From positions 126,108,001-126,172,000 of the forward strand of contig OZ024742.1 of the NCBI GenBank assembly GCA_964016885.1: a stretch of DNA of 64,000 nucleotides. The letters run 5' to 3'. Below the pieces are notes generated by a model. It was not told the DNA's origin. It did no database searches and was given only the letters and a program-made list of their open reading frames with translations. Origin of the DNA: Eledone cirrhosa. Taxonomy: Eukaryota. Numbering within the stretch: position 1 is the stretch's first letter; each line of letters starts with the position of its first letter. The translations under genes and the position numbers were made by a program. This document shows positions 35,404 to 48,690 of this stretch, piece after piece.

Positions 35404-38400
35404 ATGGCTGTACTCAGAATAGGCAGTATAAATGCACGTGGCCTGGGGTCATCTTGGAAGCAGGGTCACCTGCTCAATGACCTCAGGTCACTAAACATAG
35501 ATGTGGTGGCCATCAGTGAAACCAGAATCTCCGAGGCATGGGCCTTCGCACCGATCTTCGGCGGCTACGATGTATACGCATCTCCCAGCCGTCCAGGATC
35601 GGGGGGAGGGGTTGCCGTACTTTTTCAGAGAGGCCTGGATCTCGCGATACGGGCCATCTTCCTGGACCCAGAAGGTAAGTCGGTGGTGCTGGACGTGACC
35701 GGCAGCGAAGGCAATGCTTTCAGGCTAGTAGCTGTCTACGCCCCAACAGGGGCAGGACGGCCAGATTTCTTCAGACGTCTAGAGACCTTTCTTGGAACGT
35801 CCCGCTCTTTAGTGTTAGTGGGCGACTGGAACGGTATCTTGGATGCCCGCTGGGATCGTGTGGGGCTAGTGGATAGGGGAGGAGGGTGCAAGAGCCTCAC
35901 CAACCTGTTCAGACGTTTTGAACTGTCTGACAGGTATCGACTGGATTACCCGAATGTGCCAATGTGGACATGGACAAACCGCATCGGGTCATCCAGATCG
36001 TATCTAGATAGGGTATTCTGCAGGGAACTAGATAAGGCTAGTATAAGTTGTCCACAATTTAAAATAGTCGACCACAAATTTGTGATCTGTGAGATCGACA
36101 TAGACCGACTTCATAGACAAGGACCCGGTTACAGGAAGCTGAACGCGTCTTTCCCGGCGCACAAGGCCTACAGAGACCGGATTAGCGTATTAGTTAAGCG
36201 GGCGTTGACGGGAGCGGTCGTTAACAACAGGTGGTGGTTCGCCCTGAAAAGGGAAATTAAAGTAGAGTCGATTAGGTTTAGCAAAGGAGTAGTGATAGAG
36301 GAAAATAGAGTAGAGGGAGAGCTAGTCAGAAAGCTAGAAGAGGCGTTTAGGACAGGCATCGCAACCGACGTGCTTGCGGCGAGATTGGCACTCGACCAAT
36401 TCTTCAACGCAAAACACGAAGGCTGCATTGTCAGAGCTAGAGCGCGTGCTCTGAAACACGAGGGACAAAAACCGTCCAATGGGCCCGGGTGGCAGAGGCG
36501 CGACGTGGCAACAAAGCCACAATTCGATCTTTGCCTGACCAAAACGGGTGCGTGATGCTCAAACCCGAGCGGATGTGTGAAGCTTTTCAGCAGCACTTTG
36601 ATGAACTGTTCGGGAGCGGCGGCGGCCCGGATCGGGGCATGGACTTCAGTGTATATCTCGACGGACTGCCTCGGCTCTCTACGACCGCAGCACAGTGTTG
36701 CGAAAAGCCAATAACAGCCGGTGAAATACGGGAAGCGATGGCACAAGAGGTAAATCGCCAGGTTTAGATGGTCTGCCATACGAGCTTTATGCATTTATGC
36801 CAGACTTGTTCGGTGACCTCTTGGCAGACGTCTACTGCAACTGGCAGCAGAACGGAAGCATTCCCAGTTTTGTGAGTCGGGGAGCAGTGACGCTGCTGAG
36901 AAAAGACCCGAACAAGGGGGATGTTATTGATAATTTCAGACCCATAACCCTGCTAAACGCAGAGTTCAAGATTTTGGCCAAGGTGTTAGCAACGAGGTTG
37001 GCGCTTGTCGTCAAGGGTCTGGTGGGAGAAGCGCATACATGCGCCATTCCGGACAGATCCATACACGACAACCTCCACCGCATGCGATACACCATAGAGA
37101 GGGTGGTTAAGGAACCTGGCAAGGGTGGGGCCCTGATCAACTTGGATCAATCCAAAGCATTCGATCGGGTCGACCATCGGTACCTGGCGGCGGTCCTCGA
37201 GGCAGCCGGTTTCGGGCCCGTTTTCAGGCGTTGGATCGCAGCAATGTACAGCGACATCTGCTCAGTTGTGAGGGTGAACGGTCACCTGTCGCAGCCATTC
37301 AGCAGCATGTGCTCAGTCCGCCAGGGTTTTCCCCTCTCGTCCCTCTTGTACGTATTGGCTATCGAGCCGTTACTGCACAAACTGGGGGCGATGAGGGGCG
37401 TCCCACGCGAACTAGGATGCGGGAAATCCGAGTCGGCTTACGCTGACGACGTCACCGTGGTGGTATCGAGCACCAGACACGTCCAGATGATTGGCACCGC
37501 TCTCAAGGAATACGAAGCGGTGACAGGAGCAAAGATAAACCAGGAAAAGTCGGTGGGCTTGCAGCTAGGCACCTGGAGAGGCAAGTCCATGCCGTCCGAC
37601 AGCGTCGTGGGGCATTGGACGGACGGACCGGTTAAATTGCTCGGGGTCTGGTTCGGACCGGACCTCCAGATGGAGAAAAACTGGAACGAGGTGACGAGCA
37701 GGGTGGCCTCCCTCACCCAGAAATGGGCTGAGAGGAAGCTGTCCCTTGAAAGGCCGGACGGAAGTAGCGAATGCGTACATCGCATCCGTCATCTGCTACC
37801 GCTTCACCGTCGTCCCTTGCTCCAGCCCAACTCTCACCAAAATGGAGCGCCTCCTCTCCCGCTTTTTGTAGAAGGGGCGCGCTCCCATGGTCAGACGATC
37901 CATCTGCTGTCAACACCCGTTGCGTGGAGGACTGGGCATGCCATGGCTAATGATGCGCTAACATGCGCTGAGGCTGCGACATCTCTGGTGCTTCCTTGAT
38001 GGTGAACGGGTGTGGTCGCCGTTCGCCAGGCACATTTTCCCACAGCTCGTCTCCTTGACGGAGCTGCAGTCCTGGGTCATAAAAAGACCGAGGGATAGCG
38101 CTTGGAAACTGGAATGTCTCCAGGCGTTCACTGCCCTTTCCCAGTTGGGCACCAGTATCGGTGGAACATCCACCTCGGCGTTCTATAGAGGACTAGTGGA
38201 GGGGAAGAGCGACGACATTCTCGGAGAGATCCTGGGCGTCGAAGATCAGCTGTTTGCTCTCTTCCGGAGAACTTTCAGCCCGGGGCCTATGGATAACTTC
38301 CAAAAATCCCTGGCCTGGCAGTGCTAACGGGGAGCGCTGCCGGTTCGAGATAAGCTCTACAGGCACGGAAGTGCCGTCAGCCGAGCCTGTCCGAGATGCG

Positions 38401-38801
38401 CGCATAGCGACGAAACCGTTGTGCACGTACTCGTTCAGTGCCCGAGCATTGCTGACTTGTGGAGCTATGTCGAACAGTTGCTGTCGCGTGTGAGACTGAT
38501 CCTGTTGTCGACTGAGTCCATTGTGCAGATGGTCTCACCGTCTTCCTTCGAGGAGGAAGGGCAGGCGGTTTTCATCTGCCTGGTGGCCATGGCGAAAGAG
38601 ATTGTGTGGTGGACAAGGTTAAAAAGATTAAAGACAAACACTTTCCTCTTCGGCGAATCCCTAATTAACTTTTTCAAGTTTCACTTGAAGAGGAAAATCA
38701 GGGTGGAGAGGCAAGTGCTGCTTTCTAGCAAGTTTGTTGAAAGGTGGGTGAATGTAGCGAGAATGGTCCGAGTGAACTCTGAATATACGTCTGTAATTTG
38801 A
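35404..38801 (+). pseudogene. Tx1 ORF2 (APE endonuclease, RT, zinc knuckle), frameshifted
   Basis: SINARGL, ISET, VYAP, GDWN, SYLDRV, DH; LDQSKAFDRVDH, VRQG.PLS, AYADD. Confidence 0.93.
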
Positions 38802-39111
38802 GAGATGGAAAAATTGAGAGAGGGCGCTTGCCCTGGTAGTCAGGGTGGCCGTGGTCTTTTGTGTGGTTTTCGCCACGAGTAACCCCCGGGGGTTTCCCCC
38901 CTATTGGGGAATTTTTCATTGTTTCAATTTTCATTTTATTGTTTATATATATATATGTTTTATGTCTTTTTTTTCTTTTCTTATATAAATAATAAAAATA
39001 TTTACACGCACAAAACCCACATCGTACCGTCCTGTTCCGTCTGTGATGTTTTTCTTGATGTCAGCCCCTGTGGCCAATAAAGAAATCATTATTATTATTA
39101 TTATTATTATT

Positions 39112-42100
39112 GGCGACCTACGTAGTAAATCGTATCATCGTGAGCTCCGCAAAGGTTTGTTATTTCCGTTTGTTAAAAATTGCCATTTATGGAAAATTTT
39201 ATTGTTAACTGTTTATAAGCGCACATACATTGTTTTCCGAAAAGGACACCCAAAAAGATTGGGGCCTTGTGCCCAAAATTTAAACGTTTATGATTATCCA
39301 AAAATTTATTTGAAAAAAAATGGCTAATTCATCTCTGCACCAAGCAGCTGAGAGCCTTCCTCAAAAACTAACACCTCACACCGACACCACCATTGTAAAT
39401 ATTACGTTTGCCAACACAAAAAATTTAAGCAGTAGCAATATTTTAAATTTGTCTCAGGCAGACATTCATTTCCCGCCATTACCAATGACTGCAGGTGTTA
39501 AAGCCGCCACCCCACCACCACGCGACAACCCCCACCCCCACCGCGCCAACCCCACCCCCACCACCACCGCGCCAACAGAAACAAAAGGAAAAAATAAATC
39601 AACTCGTGATGTCGAAATGTTTTCAAGCAAAATGGACTCTTCCCCACCGAACACAACTGACGTCACCACCACCACAACTGAAACTAAAATTAATAATAAC
39701 AAAAATAACGATAACAACAACAGCAACAATGACATTAAAAAAAACCACCCTGAGTTTTGCCAGAGTAGCAAAACAGTGCGAAGCATTTACGGTAACTCAG
39801 GAGGAATTAGAAAATACCAAAATAATGGTAAAGATAGATGGGTACAGGGTCAGCCCCCCCCCCCCCCACACCTAATTAATGGAGCATCGGCGCCTATGCA
39901 CCGTGTCGTATAGAACAATTAATGTAAAATCGCGCCGAGTGGAACGGGCATCCGAGTCCCAAATACAAAAAGCTTTGGGACATGTGTGGGCAAGAAAAAC
40001 CCACATCAGACGTGGGCAGAAGTATGGAACCGTGGACGTGTTCTTTGAAACACCAGAGGAGGCTAGAGAACACTCCATGGCCCCATTAAGAAGTGACGAC
40101 TTCACACTCGTCCCAAGCTATTGTGGCCAGAGACTCGTAAAGATCAGGGTGACCCACGTTCCACCGGCCATCGAAATTCCCTGGCTAATAGCGGCCGTCC
40201 TCGCCGGCATCGAAGCCAACACCAAAATAATAGCAATAACAAAAGAAAAGCAGGAGAACTGGTCCGGATCTGGGATGGAGCTCCTGATCCAAGCGGACCA
40301 AAAAAGCATTGAGGAGATCCCAGAGGTAATAGACCTCACTGACGGCAGCCACCTACCGTAATTGTCGAGGGCAGAAGGCCTAGGTGTGTCATTTGTGGTG
40401 AAGGAACCCACCTAAGGGCTCTCTGCCCTCAGGCTAAAAGGTTGAGGCCACCTCTCCTACCCACCCCAGTGACTCAACCATCAACACCACCAGTAGCAGA
40501 GATGGCAGCAACAACTGTAGCAGCAACACCAGAAGCAACTATAACAACAACAACCCCAGCAACAGTAGCAAAACCAACACCACCACCACCCAACGCTTCA
40601 GAACTAGCACCAGCGCCTACACCATCCACCACGCCACAACCAAAACTAACGCCTGGAGGATTTTCCACTCCCCGGCCTATCCCAACTGGAGACAGATTGT
40701 GACGACGAGGAGTGGGAAACGGTATCAGGAAAAAAGAAAAAAAGAAACCCAAAAAGAAAAAATTCTCTTCCTTCCCCCTCAAAAAACAAAATACAGAGGG
40801 AAACAAATAAATTAACAAACAAAAAAGTTAGGACAGATATGCCACCATCCACACCAGCATCACCAACCCCATCACCCCAAACACCAACACCATCACCATG
40901 ATTAACCCCAATACCACCATCACCTACACCACAAAAGTCACCAAAATGCGAAACAGAAACAAACCCACAACAAACGCAAACAAAACAAAACAACCAAAAC
41001 GATACACACTACACAGCATTAAATTTGAACAACAACCAATTATTACACTACATCCAACACAACACCAGCATCACAGAAAAAGACTACACAACAACCCAAA
41101 AATTCACACCACCTCCACACATACAAATCACTCGCATCACACAGAAACGTACATGACACTAAAACAAAAATTCCCCAAAGACATCGGAGACTTCCGACAA
41201 GCACTCTCCAGGAGGATTTATAAGGACATCCTTCCTGAGGAGGCCACAAGCAGTGAAAAGGATGGAAAAACCGTCCTTCCTCTACGAGAAGTAAGGTAAG
41301 TGGTCTTACCCATCTTTTCCACTCCATTTCAACATGACCTCACTCAGAATAGGCAGCATAAATGCGCGTGGCTTGGGGTCGTCATGGAAGCAGGGCCACC
41401 TGCTCAACAACCTCAAGTCACTAAACATAGATGTGGTGGCCATCAGCGAAACCAGAATCTCCGAAGCACGGGCCTTCGCATCGATCTTCGGCGGCTACGA
41501 TGTGTACGCATCTCCCAGCCGTCCTAGATCGGGGGGTGGAGTTGCTGTGCTTTTTCGGAGAGGTTTTATATCTCGCCATGCGGGCCATCTTCCTGGACCC
41601 TGAAGGTAAGTTGGTGGTGCTGGACGTGACCAGCGGAGACGGGCAAGCTTTCAGGCTAGTGGCTGTCTATGCCTCGACAGGAGCAGGGCAGCCTGATTTC
41701 TTCGAGCGTCTGGAGACCTTTCTTAGAACGTCCCGCTCTTTAGTGTTAGTGGGCGACTGGAACGGGATCTTAGATGCACGCTGGGACTGTGTGGGATTAG
41801 CGGATAGGGGAGGAGGGTGCAAGAGCCTCACCAACCTGCTCAGGCGTTTTGAACTGTCTGACAGGTACCGATTGGATTTCCCGAATGTGCCAATGTGGAG
41901 TTGGACAAACCGCATCGGGTCATCCAGATCATATCTAGATAGAGTATTTTGTAGCGAAATAGATAGGTCTAGCATAGGCTGTCCACAATTCAAGATAGTC
42001 AACTACACGGACCACAAATTCGTGATCTGTGTGGTTGACTTAGATAGGCTTCATAGACAAAGACCCGGCTACTGGAAGCTAAACGCGTCATTAACAGCGC

Positions 42101-43550
42101 GCAAGGCCTACAGAGACCGGATTAGCGAACTAGTTAAGCGGGCGTTGACGGAGGCCATCGTCAACCAGGAAAAGTCGGTGGGCCTGCAGCTCGGCACCTG
42201 GAGAGGCAGGTCCATGCCATCCAACAGCGTCGTCGGGCGCTGGGCGGACGGACCGGTTAAATTGGTAGGGGTCTGGATCGGTCCGGACCTCCAGGCGGAC
42301 AAAAACTGGGACGAGGTGACGAGCAGGGTGGCTTCTCTCACCCAGAAATGGGCGGAGAGGAAGCTATCCCTGAAAGGTCGAGCGGAGGTGGCTAACGCGT
42401 ACATCGCGTCGGTTATCTACTACCGCCTGACCGTCGTGCCTTGTCCTAAGCCTCGCCTGACTGCGCTGGAGCGTTTGCGCTTTCGCTTTTTGTAGAAGGG
42501 ACGGGCTCCGATGGTCAGGCGGTCCATCTGCTGTCAACACCCGCTACGTAGAGGGCTGGGCATGCCGTGGCTGATGATGCGCAGACACGCGCGCAGGCTA
42601 CGACATCTCCACCGCTTCCTCGACGGTTTTCTGGTGTGGTCGCCGTTTGCTAGACGCGTCTTTCCCCAGCTCGTCTCCTTGACGGAGCTGCAGTCCTGGG
42701 TCAAGCGAAGACCGAGAGGGAGTGCTTGGAGACTGGAATGTCTTCAGGCGCTCACAGCCCTCGACCAATCGGGCAATGTGATCGGTGGAATCTCCACCTT
42801 GTCGTTCTATAGAGGATTAGTGGAGGGGAAGAGCGACGACGTATATGGGGAAACTCTAGGCGTCGACGAAAATCAACTAGCCAATCTCTTCGGAAGAACT
42901 TTCGGGCCGGAGCCTATGGACAACTTCCAGAAATCCCTGGCCTGGCAGTGCTACCGAGGAGCTTTGCCAGTTCGGCATAAACTCTACAGGCATGTCCGAT
43001 ATGCGCGCAGGGCGACGAAACCGTCCAGTGTCCGAGCATTTCTGACTTGTGGGTTTATCTCGAACACCTGCTGTCGCGTGTAGGACGGATTCATCTATCA
43101 GCTGAGTCCATCGTGAGGATTGCCCCGCCCTCTTCCTTTAGCCTGGAAGGGCAGGCAGTTTTTATCTGTCTGGTGGCCATGGCGAAAGAGATAGTATGGT
43201 GGACACATTTGAAAGGGCTGAAGACGAGCACTTACCTCTTCGGTGATGCCCTGATTAACTTTTTCAAATTTCATTTGAAAAGGAAAATCAGGGTAGAGAG
43301 GGGAGTGCTCTCTTCCCAGCATTTTGTTGAAAGATGGGTGAGAGAAGCAAGAATGGCCCGAGTGAATGGGCCGACTCTGAGTATGTGTCTGTAAATTAAA
43401 GGTGGAAAACTGGGAGAGGGCACTTGCCCTGGTCGTCAGTGTCACTGTGGATTTTTAATGGGCTTTCTCCACGAATGTCCCTCGGAAGTCTCCCCCGTAT
43501 TGGGGAATTTCTCATTGTTATTTTTTTGTTACATCCTCTGTTTTTGTTCT
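39112..43550 (+). mobile_element. Tx1/L1-type element, copy 3; RT deleted, 3' tail missing
   Basis: ORF1 39320-41299, ORF2 41334-43394. The junction at ~42163 (EAIVN|QEKSVG) skips the RT core. Confidence 0.92.
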
Positions 43551-43691
43551 AAACCTTCTTTAGGAATCAGTGACCAATTTTAGAACCAAAGAATACAGTT
43601 TCTTTTAAATACAAGTTTCTTTAATACAGGTTTCTTTTAAAACCAAAGAATACAGGTTTCTTTCAGTGTTATAAATTTAGCACGAAACGTA

Positions 43692-43868
43692 CAGACCTGC
43701 CAACTTCTAAAACCCAAAGGAGAGTACCATGAAAACAGGGAGAAATGAGGCAAAATTCGGGAGATTTTACAGAATGAAAGCTATACCCATTTTCTCAAGA
43801 AAAAACATCTCTCACCCACCTCATAGGTTATTGCAAATCTCCCCGTCGGATGGGGAGAGTTGACAGGT
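43692..43868. mobile_element. Possible small non-autonomous DNA transposon
   Basis: acctgccaact ... agttgacaggt inverted termini; no clear TSD. Confidence 0.35.
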
Positions 43869-44989
43869 GATTTGATACGTTTTTGAAGCGTAACACCTGA
43901 ATTTAAGACTTGGTGTGTTCGCACTATTTTAGTTCTTTAGCATTTTATATTAACCCATTTGTGCACGTTTTTGTGGTGTCTCCTAATTAGATGTAAAGTC
44001 ACCTATTTTTCGTTTGTAAATAATAATAATAATTATGATCTTCCTCCACCCATTCTGCTCCAGTTTCGGGCAAAATAAAAGGAAGAAAATAAATCAGACA
44101 AAAAAAGCAAAATATTAACAAATTAACAATGATTAAGACAGATATCCATCCATACATCATCTATGAGCCTTGAACTCCTGATGAAACTGTGGTGGCTGAA
44201 GCGAAGTAAGTTGGTTATTGTTGAAGAAGATGATAAACACGACAAATACAATAACTTTGGCTAGATTTATAATTTTACTTCACTTCATTAAAAAGGAAAA
44301 AGAATATGTGTTTATTATGCTACGTTCGATTACAAAGTAACGAGTTGTTTCAGGATGTACATACCAGCATAGGTAGCAATAAGCCCTCTGTGTTGTTTAT
44401 ATAAGGAGACGGATGACTCTCTGTGTGGTTGAAGTGCCATTGAAAGAATTGCTATCAGGCCGACAGGGCCGAAGGTCTTTTTGCTAAGTGCTACATCTCG
44501 CCACTTGCCTGAGCAGGTTGAAGTGATGTTTTTTTTTCCCGATTTACCAGAGACGACTGAGACATAGGAAGAACTTATCTCACTTTCATCTCAAGCTAAT
44601 CAGCCACTCCAGTCCACTGACGCCAACTCAGATAAAAAATAAATTGTAGCTAGATGTCATTCGGGGGTCAGTATGTGAAGAGATTTCACTACACGGCACC
44701 GTCAGAACATACAGCGTGCTTTGGGAAGTTAAACTTTGCAGAGCTCTCCAAGTCTAAACACAGAGAAAAAAATAAATAGAGCAGTTTAAAGTCAAAACGT
44801 AGGGAACCGGAACGAATACCTCGAAGTATTCTATCCGACTCTGCCAAGTCAACGCCTGCTCTATATATCTATCTATCTACTTGACAAAATATCTATTTCA
44901 TTTAATCTATCTCTAAATTGAGCCATTAAAATAAAAGTCAAGACATTTATTGTTCGCTATACAATATATATATGTTATTTTGATATATA

Positions 44990-45073
44990 ATTGTTTCTAC
45001 TTTTGGCACAAGGCCAGCAATTACCCAGTGCATTACTGGTACTTTATTTTATCGACCCCGTAAGGATGAAAGG
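44990..45073 (-). mobile_element. SINE 3' half
   Basis: Reverse complement of the shared SINE core and tail. Confidence 0.85.
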
Positions 45074-45779
45074 ATATATATAATCCTGTATTTGTAAATA
45101 ACGCTAAACTGAGCAGTATCCTATTAACAATATGTTGTATAACCGCTAATGTGAATTGCAGTGATAGAGTCCGCCCCATATCTCAATAAAAACTCAAACC
45201 TATAGCCGGTTTCAGTCCATTTATTACAATGTCGTTGCTTTTTTTTTAACAGTCAACACAAAATTTATGGATGCTAAGTTTTCATTTTTTTTTCTTCGTC
45301 TATTTATATCTTCCCACTTAGATGTACATTTCATTCCCACATTATGTTTGCTTTGCAATCTGTGGTTTTAAGTTCGATTTCATTTCATAAAAGCTTGAGC
45401 AGCTGCCTTCTACTGTAAAATTGCGTCAACTCAAACATTTCCGAATGAGATTGAGTTGGTGCAAGAACGGGAAAGCTTGTCGGGTGGGCTATACTTGTTT
45501 TCTTAATCTATCATCCACCTTAGTACTGACTGGCTCCTGGATGATTTCAGTGGAGTCCACCCTTAGTGCAAATATTCGGATTAGGTTTCCAATAACTGAA
45601 TATTTTGATACAAAGTTCAAGAAACTGTTCAACATATAACTGAATGTAGCTTTTGTCAGTTAACTTTATATTGCAATGATGTTGCTCTGTAGGTTTTTTT
45701 TATGTCATCCGAATCTTATTTGCTATTGAAATTTTCATATCAATGGTATAACTGGTGAGATTAGCTGTTTGTAAAAGTG

Positions 45780-46330
45780 TGGTGTAGGATCCGAGATTTT
45801 GTACGCAGACACCAACTCGTCAAATGATATACAAAACAAGATAGCACAAGCATGGTTTGCTGTGAACTCATCAGATAAGGTGTGGGAATCTAACATAACC
45901 ACAAAAACAAAAGTTAGATTATTCAAAGCTACAATGGAATCAATCTTACAGTATTCCTGTGAATTATGGTCAGTGACAACACCTATCACCAAAGCTTTAG
46001 ATGGTTGCTCCACACGAATGCTAAGAATGATAAAAACATCAAATCTCTTAACCGTGTTACAAACAAAATTCTCTACAGCATCTTCCAGCCTATTAGCCAT
46101 ACCAGCCGTGTCAGGCATCTTCAACTTGCAGGTCATGTCACAAGAGGCAACGAACTTGCTACAAAACCTTTACTTTGAGATGAAAGAGAATAGAGACATT
46201 AAAGAGAATCATTGAGAAAGATACAGAATTATCCAGTGAATAACTGAGGCTATTAATATTGGATCGTGTGAGATGGAAATGATTTGTCATGTCACCACAA
46301 AGAAGTCGATGAATTTAGTAGTTAGTAGTA
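45780..46330 (+). mobile_element. RTE-group LINE 3' fragment
   Basis: KVWESNITTKTKVRLFKATMESILQYSCELW..LDG..TRMLR, a typical post-RT RTE segment. Confidence 0.7.
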
Positions 46331-46616
46331 AAAGTGACCCCAAGTCAGTTTTCTAAGTTTCTTCACTCAGGATAGCTGTTTAATGATTGACTGTGACTTG
46401 TTTCTGCACATAACTTGCTTTGTGGGTCAGTTTCAACACGATAGACAGCAGTAAATACATAGTGTAAGCACAATACAGCTTTTGAATTATCAACATTTAA
46501 ACAGCGTTTCTCACAACGGAGCACATTTCCCAACCGGTAGAACGTGAGATTTCAAAATGGAGCGTATATACTCTGCTCAAAGTTATGCTATACATATATG
46601 AATTCATGAATGTAAT

Positions 46617-46975
46617 ATGGCTGAATGGTTAAGAGGTTCACTTCACAAGCATTAGGTTCCTGGTTCGATCCCACTGCGTGACATCTTGGGCAAGTGCCAT
46701 ACTATAACTTCGGGTCGGCTCAAGCCTTGTGAGTGAAACTGGGAAAATAGAAACTGCCTGGAAGCCAATCAGATAAATTGTACCTGTAATTCAAAAAGCC
46801 AGTCTTGTTACAGACTGTTTCACGCTGATTCACCTTGAGAATTATATTAAGAGAATATGTGTCTGTAGAATGCTCGGCCACTTCCACGTTAATTTCATGA
46901 GCAGGATGTTCCATAGATCGAACAGCTGGGACACTCACCGTCGAAACTGATGGCGGTCCATCGACACGAACATAT
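46617..46975 (+). mobile_element. tRNA-derived CORE-like SINE
   Basis: tggctgaatggttaag A-box, ggttcgatccc B-box, cttgggcaagt core. Confidence 0.75.
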
Positions 46976-47522
46976 CTAGTGTCGGGATAAACTTTGCATT
47001 TCATCCATTCGAGGTCGATAAAAAAAAGTGTGTATATGTATATGTATATATATATATATGGTCGCGTGCGTGCGTGTGATTAGATGTACATGTATGTATA
47101 TATATTTATATATGTGCTTCGTGTGTATGTATGCGCGCTTTTGTATGTATGTACGCATGTATGTGGTTTTGTCTGTACGTATTTATATATATATATGTGT
47201 GTGTGTACGAACCTCTGTATGTTTTCTATTTTTTCTAGTGTTACTTTATAATTGATAACCCCTCCCTCTTACTTTCTCTTTGATTTAATTTTTTATTCTC
47301 ATATATTTTTTCATTTTTTCATTTTCATATTTTATTTTTTTATATATCATTCGACCTTCAGCCTGATACTGCTTTGACTGATACACTCCCTTCTCTGTAT
47401 ATATCATATGCATGTATGTGGTTGCGCGTGCCTTCCTACTTGTATGTGTATATATTTCAATCCTTAGTACCTGAGTCTGGATGTACGTTAACTCTATTAT
47501 CTTACAATTTCTTTTTTCAACA

Positions 47523-48416
47523 TCTATATATATAAAACTGTGGTTGTCTGTCTGTCTATCGATTTTTGGCACACATCTCCTCTTAGAATCTCTCACGGAA
47601 TTGCACCGAAATTGCTAGACTTGTACATTGAGCCCTAGCGAAGACATCGGAAAAAAAAAAATTTCAAATTGACCCACCCTATGTGACGAAATCGAATATA
47701 ATGTATCGATTTTTGAGCGTAAGTTATCAGTTATTTCCCTTTGTTCTGTTTACATTGAGCGTCTTACGTAAAAAATTACGCTGGCTTTCTCAGCGTTTAA
47801 AATGACATTAACACAATACACGAAGCTTCCGTTTTGCTTCATTTCCATTTAAAAGCATTTTAAAACAATATTTTTACTTGAAAACAAGTCTATTTAAAGA
47901 CTACGTAAAACAAGCAAATATTTCGTCGTTAGGCGTGCAGACAGACAGTCGTGCAGACAGACAGTCGTGCAGAGAGGTGATATAGGCGTGCAGACAGACA
48001 GTCGTGCAGAGAGGTGATATAGGCGTGCAGACAGACAGTCGTGCAGAGAGGTGATATAGGCGTGCAGACAGACAGTCGTGCAGAGAGGTGATATAGGCGT
48101 GCAGACAGACATAACTGATAATTTGGTTACGCTAATGTTTTTCTCTGCGTTGCAGTGTTTACATTTTCGATCTTTGTTAATAAATAACCAGTGCAGTTTC
48201 TATCCCCAGCATCCTCTTTTGTTATAACATTCGGGTTATCGTTATGTTTTCTTAACTTCATAAGGCATATTGTTGGTTGAGGGAATATTAATCAAAAACA
48301 CCACATGCAAGTCTGCACAGTAGACACTACAGTTTTTAAGCCAAGAAAGAAACTTAACATTGTAACTTTAACACAGCTACTGAGGGACCCCGAGCAACGC
48401 CGGGCTTTACTGCTAG
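47523..48416 (+). mobile_element. Complete non-autonomous Helitron with internal 37-bp minisatellite (47931-48110)
   Basis: A|TC start, cccgagcaacgccgggc hairpin, CTAG|T end, no TSD. Confidence 0.9.
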
Positions 48417-48690
48417 TATATTATATACGTATTTGTTGTCACACATACACTGATATGCTTGCCCTCATGTATGTACTTACGCACACATTTTTCACTATAC
48501 ACATGCATTTGTACATACACACATATGTACATTTGTAGGTGCATATACACACATTTATACACATACCCTTACTATATTTACTTATTTTATTTTTATATAT
48601 CTCTTGCATTACTTTTATTTATATTTTTTTTTTGCCCGTTAAACTTTTGCCTTTCTTGAGAAGATTTTTCAAATATTTCACTATGTTTTA

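Larger units (their letters stand above)
33140..39087 (+). mobile_element. Tx1/L1-type element, copy 2 (apparently full length; ORF1 more divergent than copies 1 and 3)
   Basis: ORF1 with CYLCGSKGHLRAFC knuckle; complete but frameshifted ORF2; (ATT)n on both sides. Confidence 0.95.

Noticed and set aside
43900-45700. Possible host exons
   Set aside because: No ORF with a recognisable domain or convincing splice pair; small exons cannot be excluded without RNA data.
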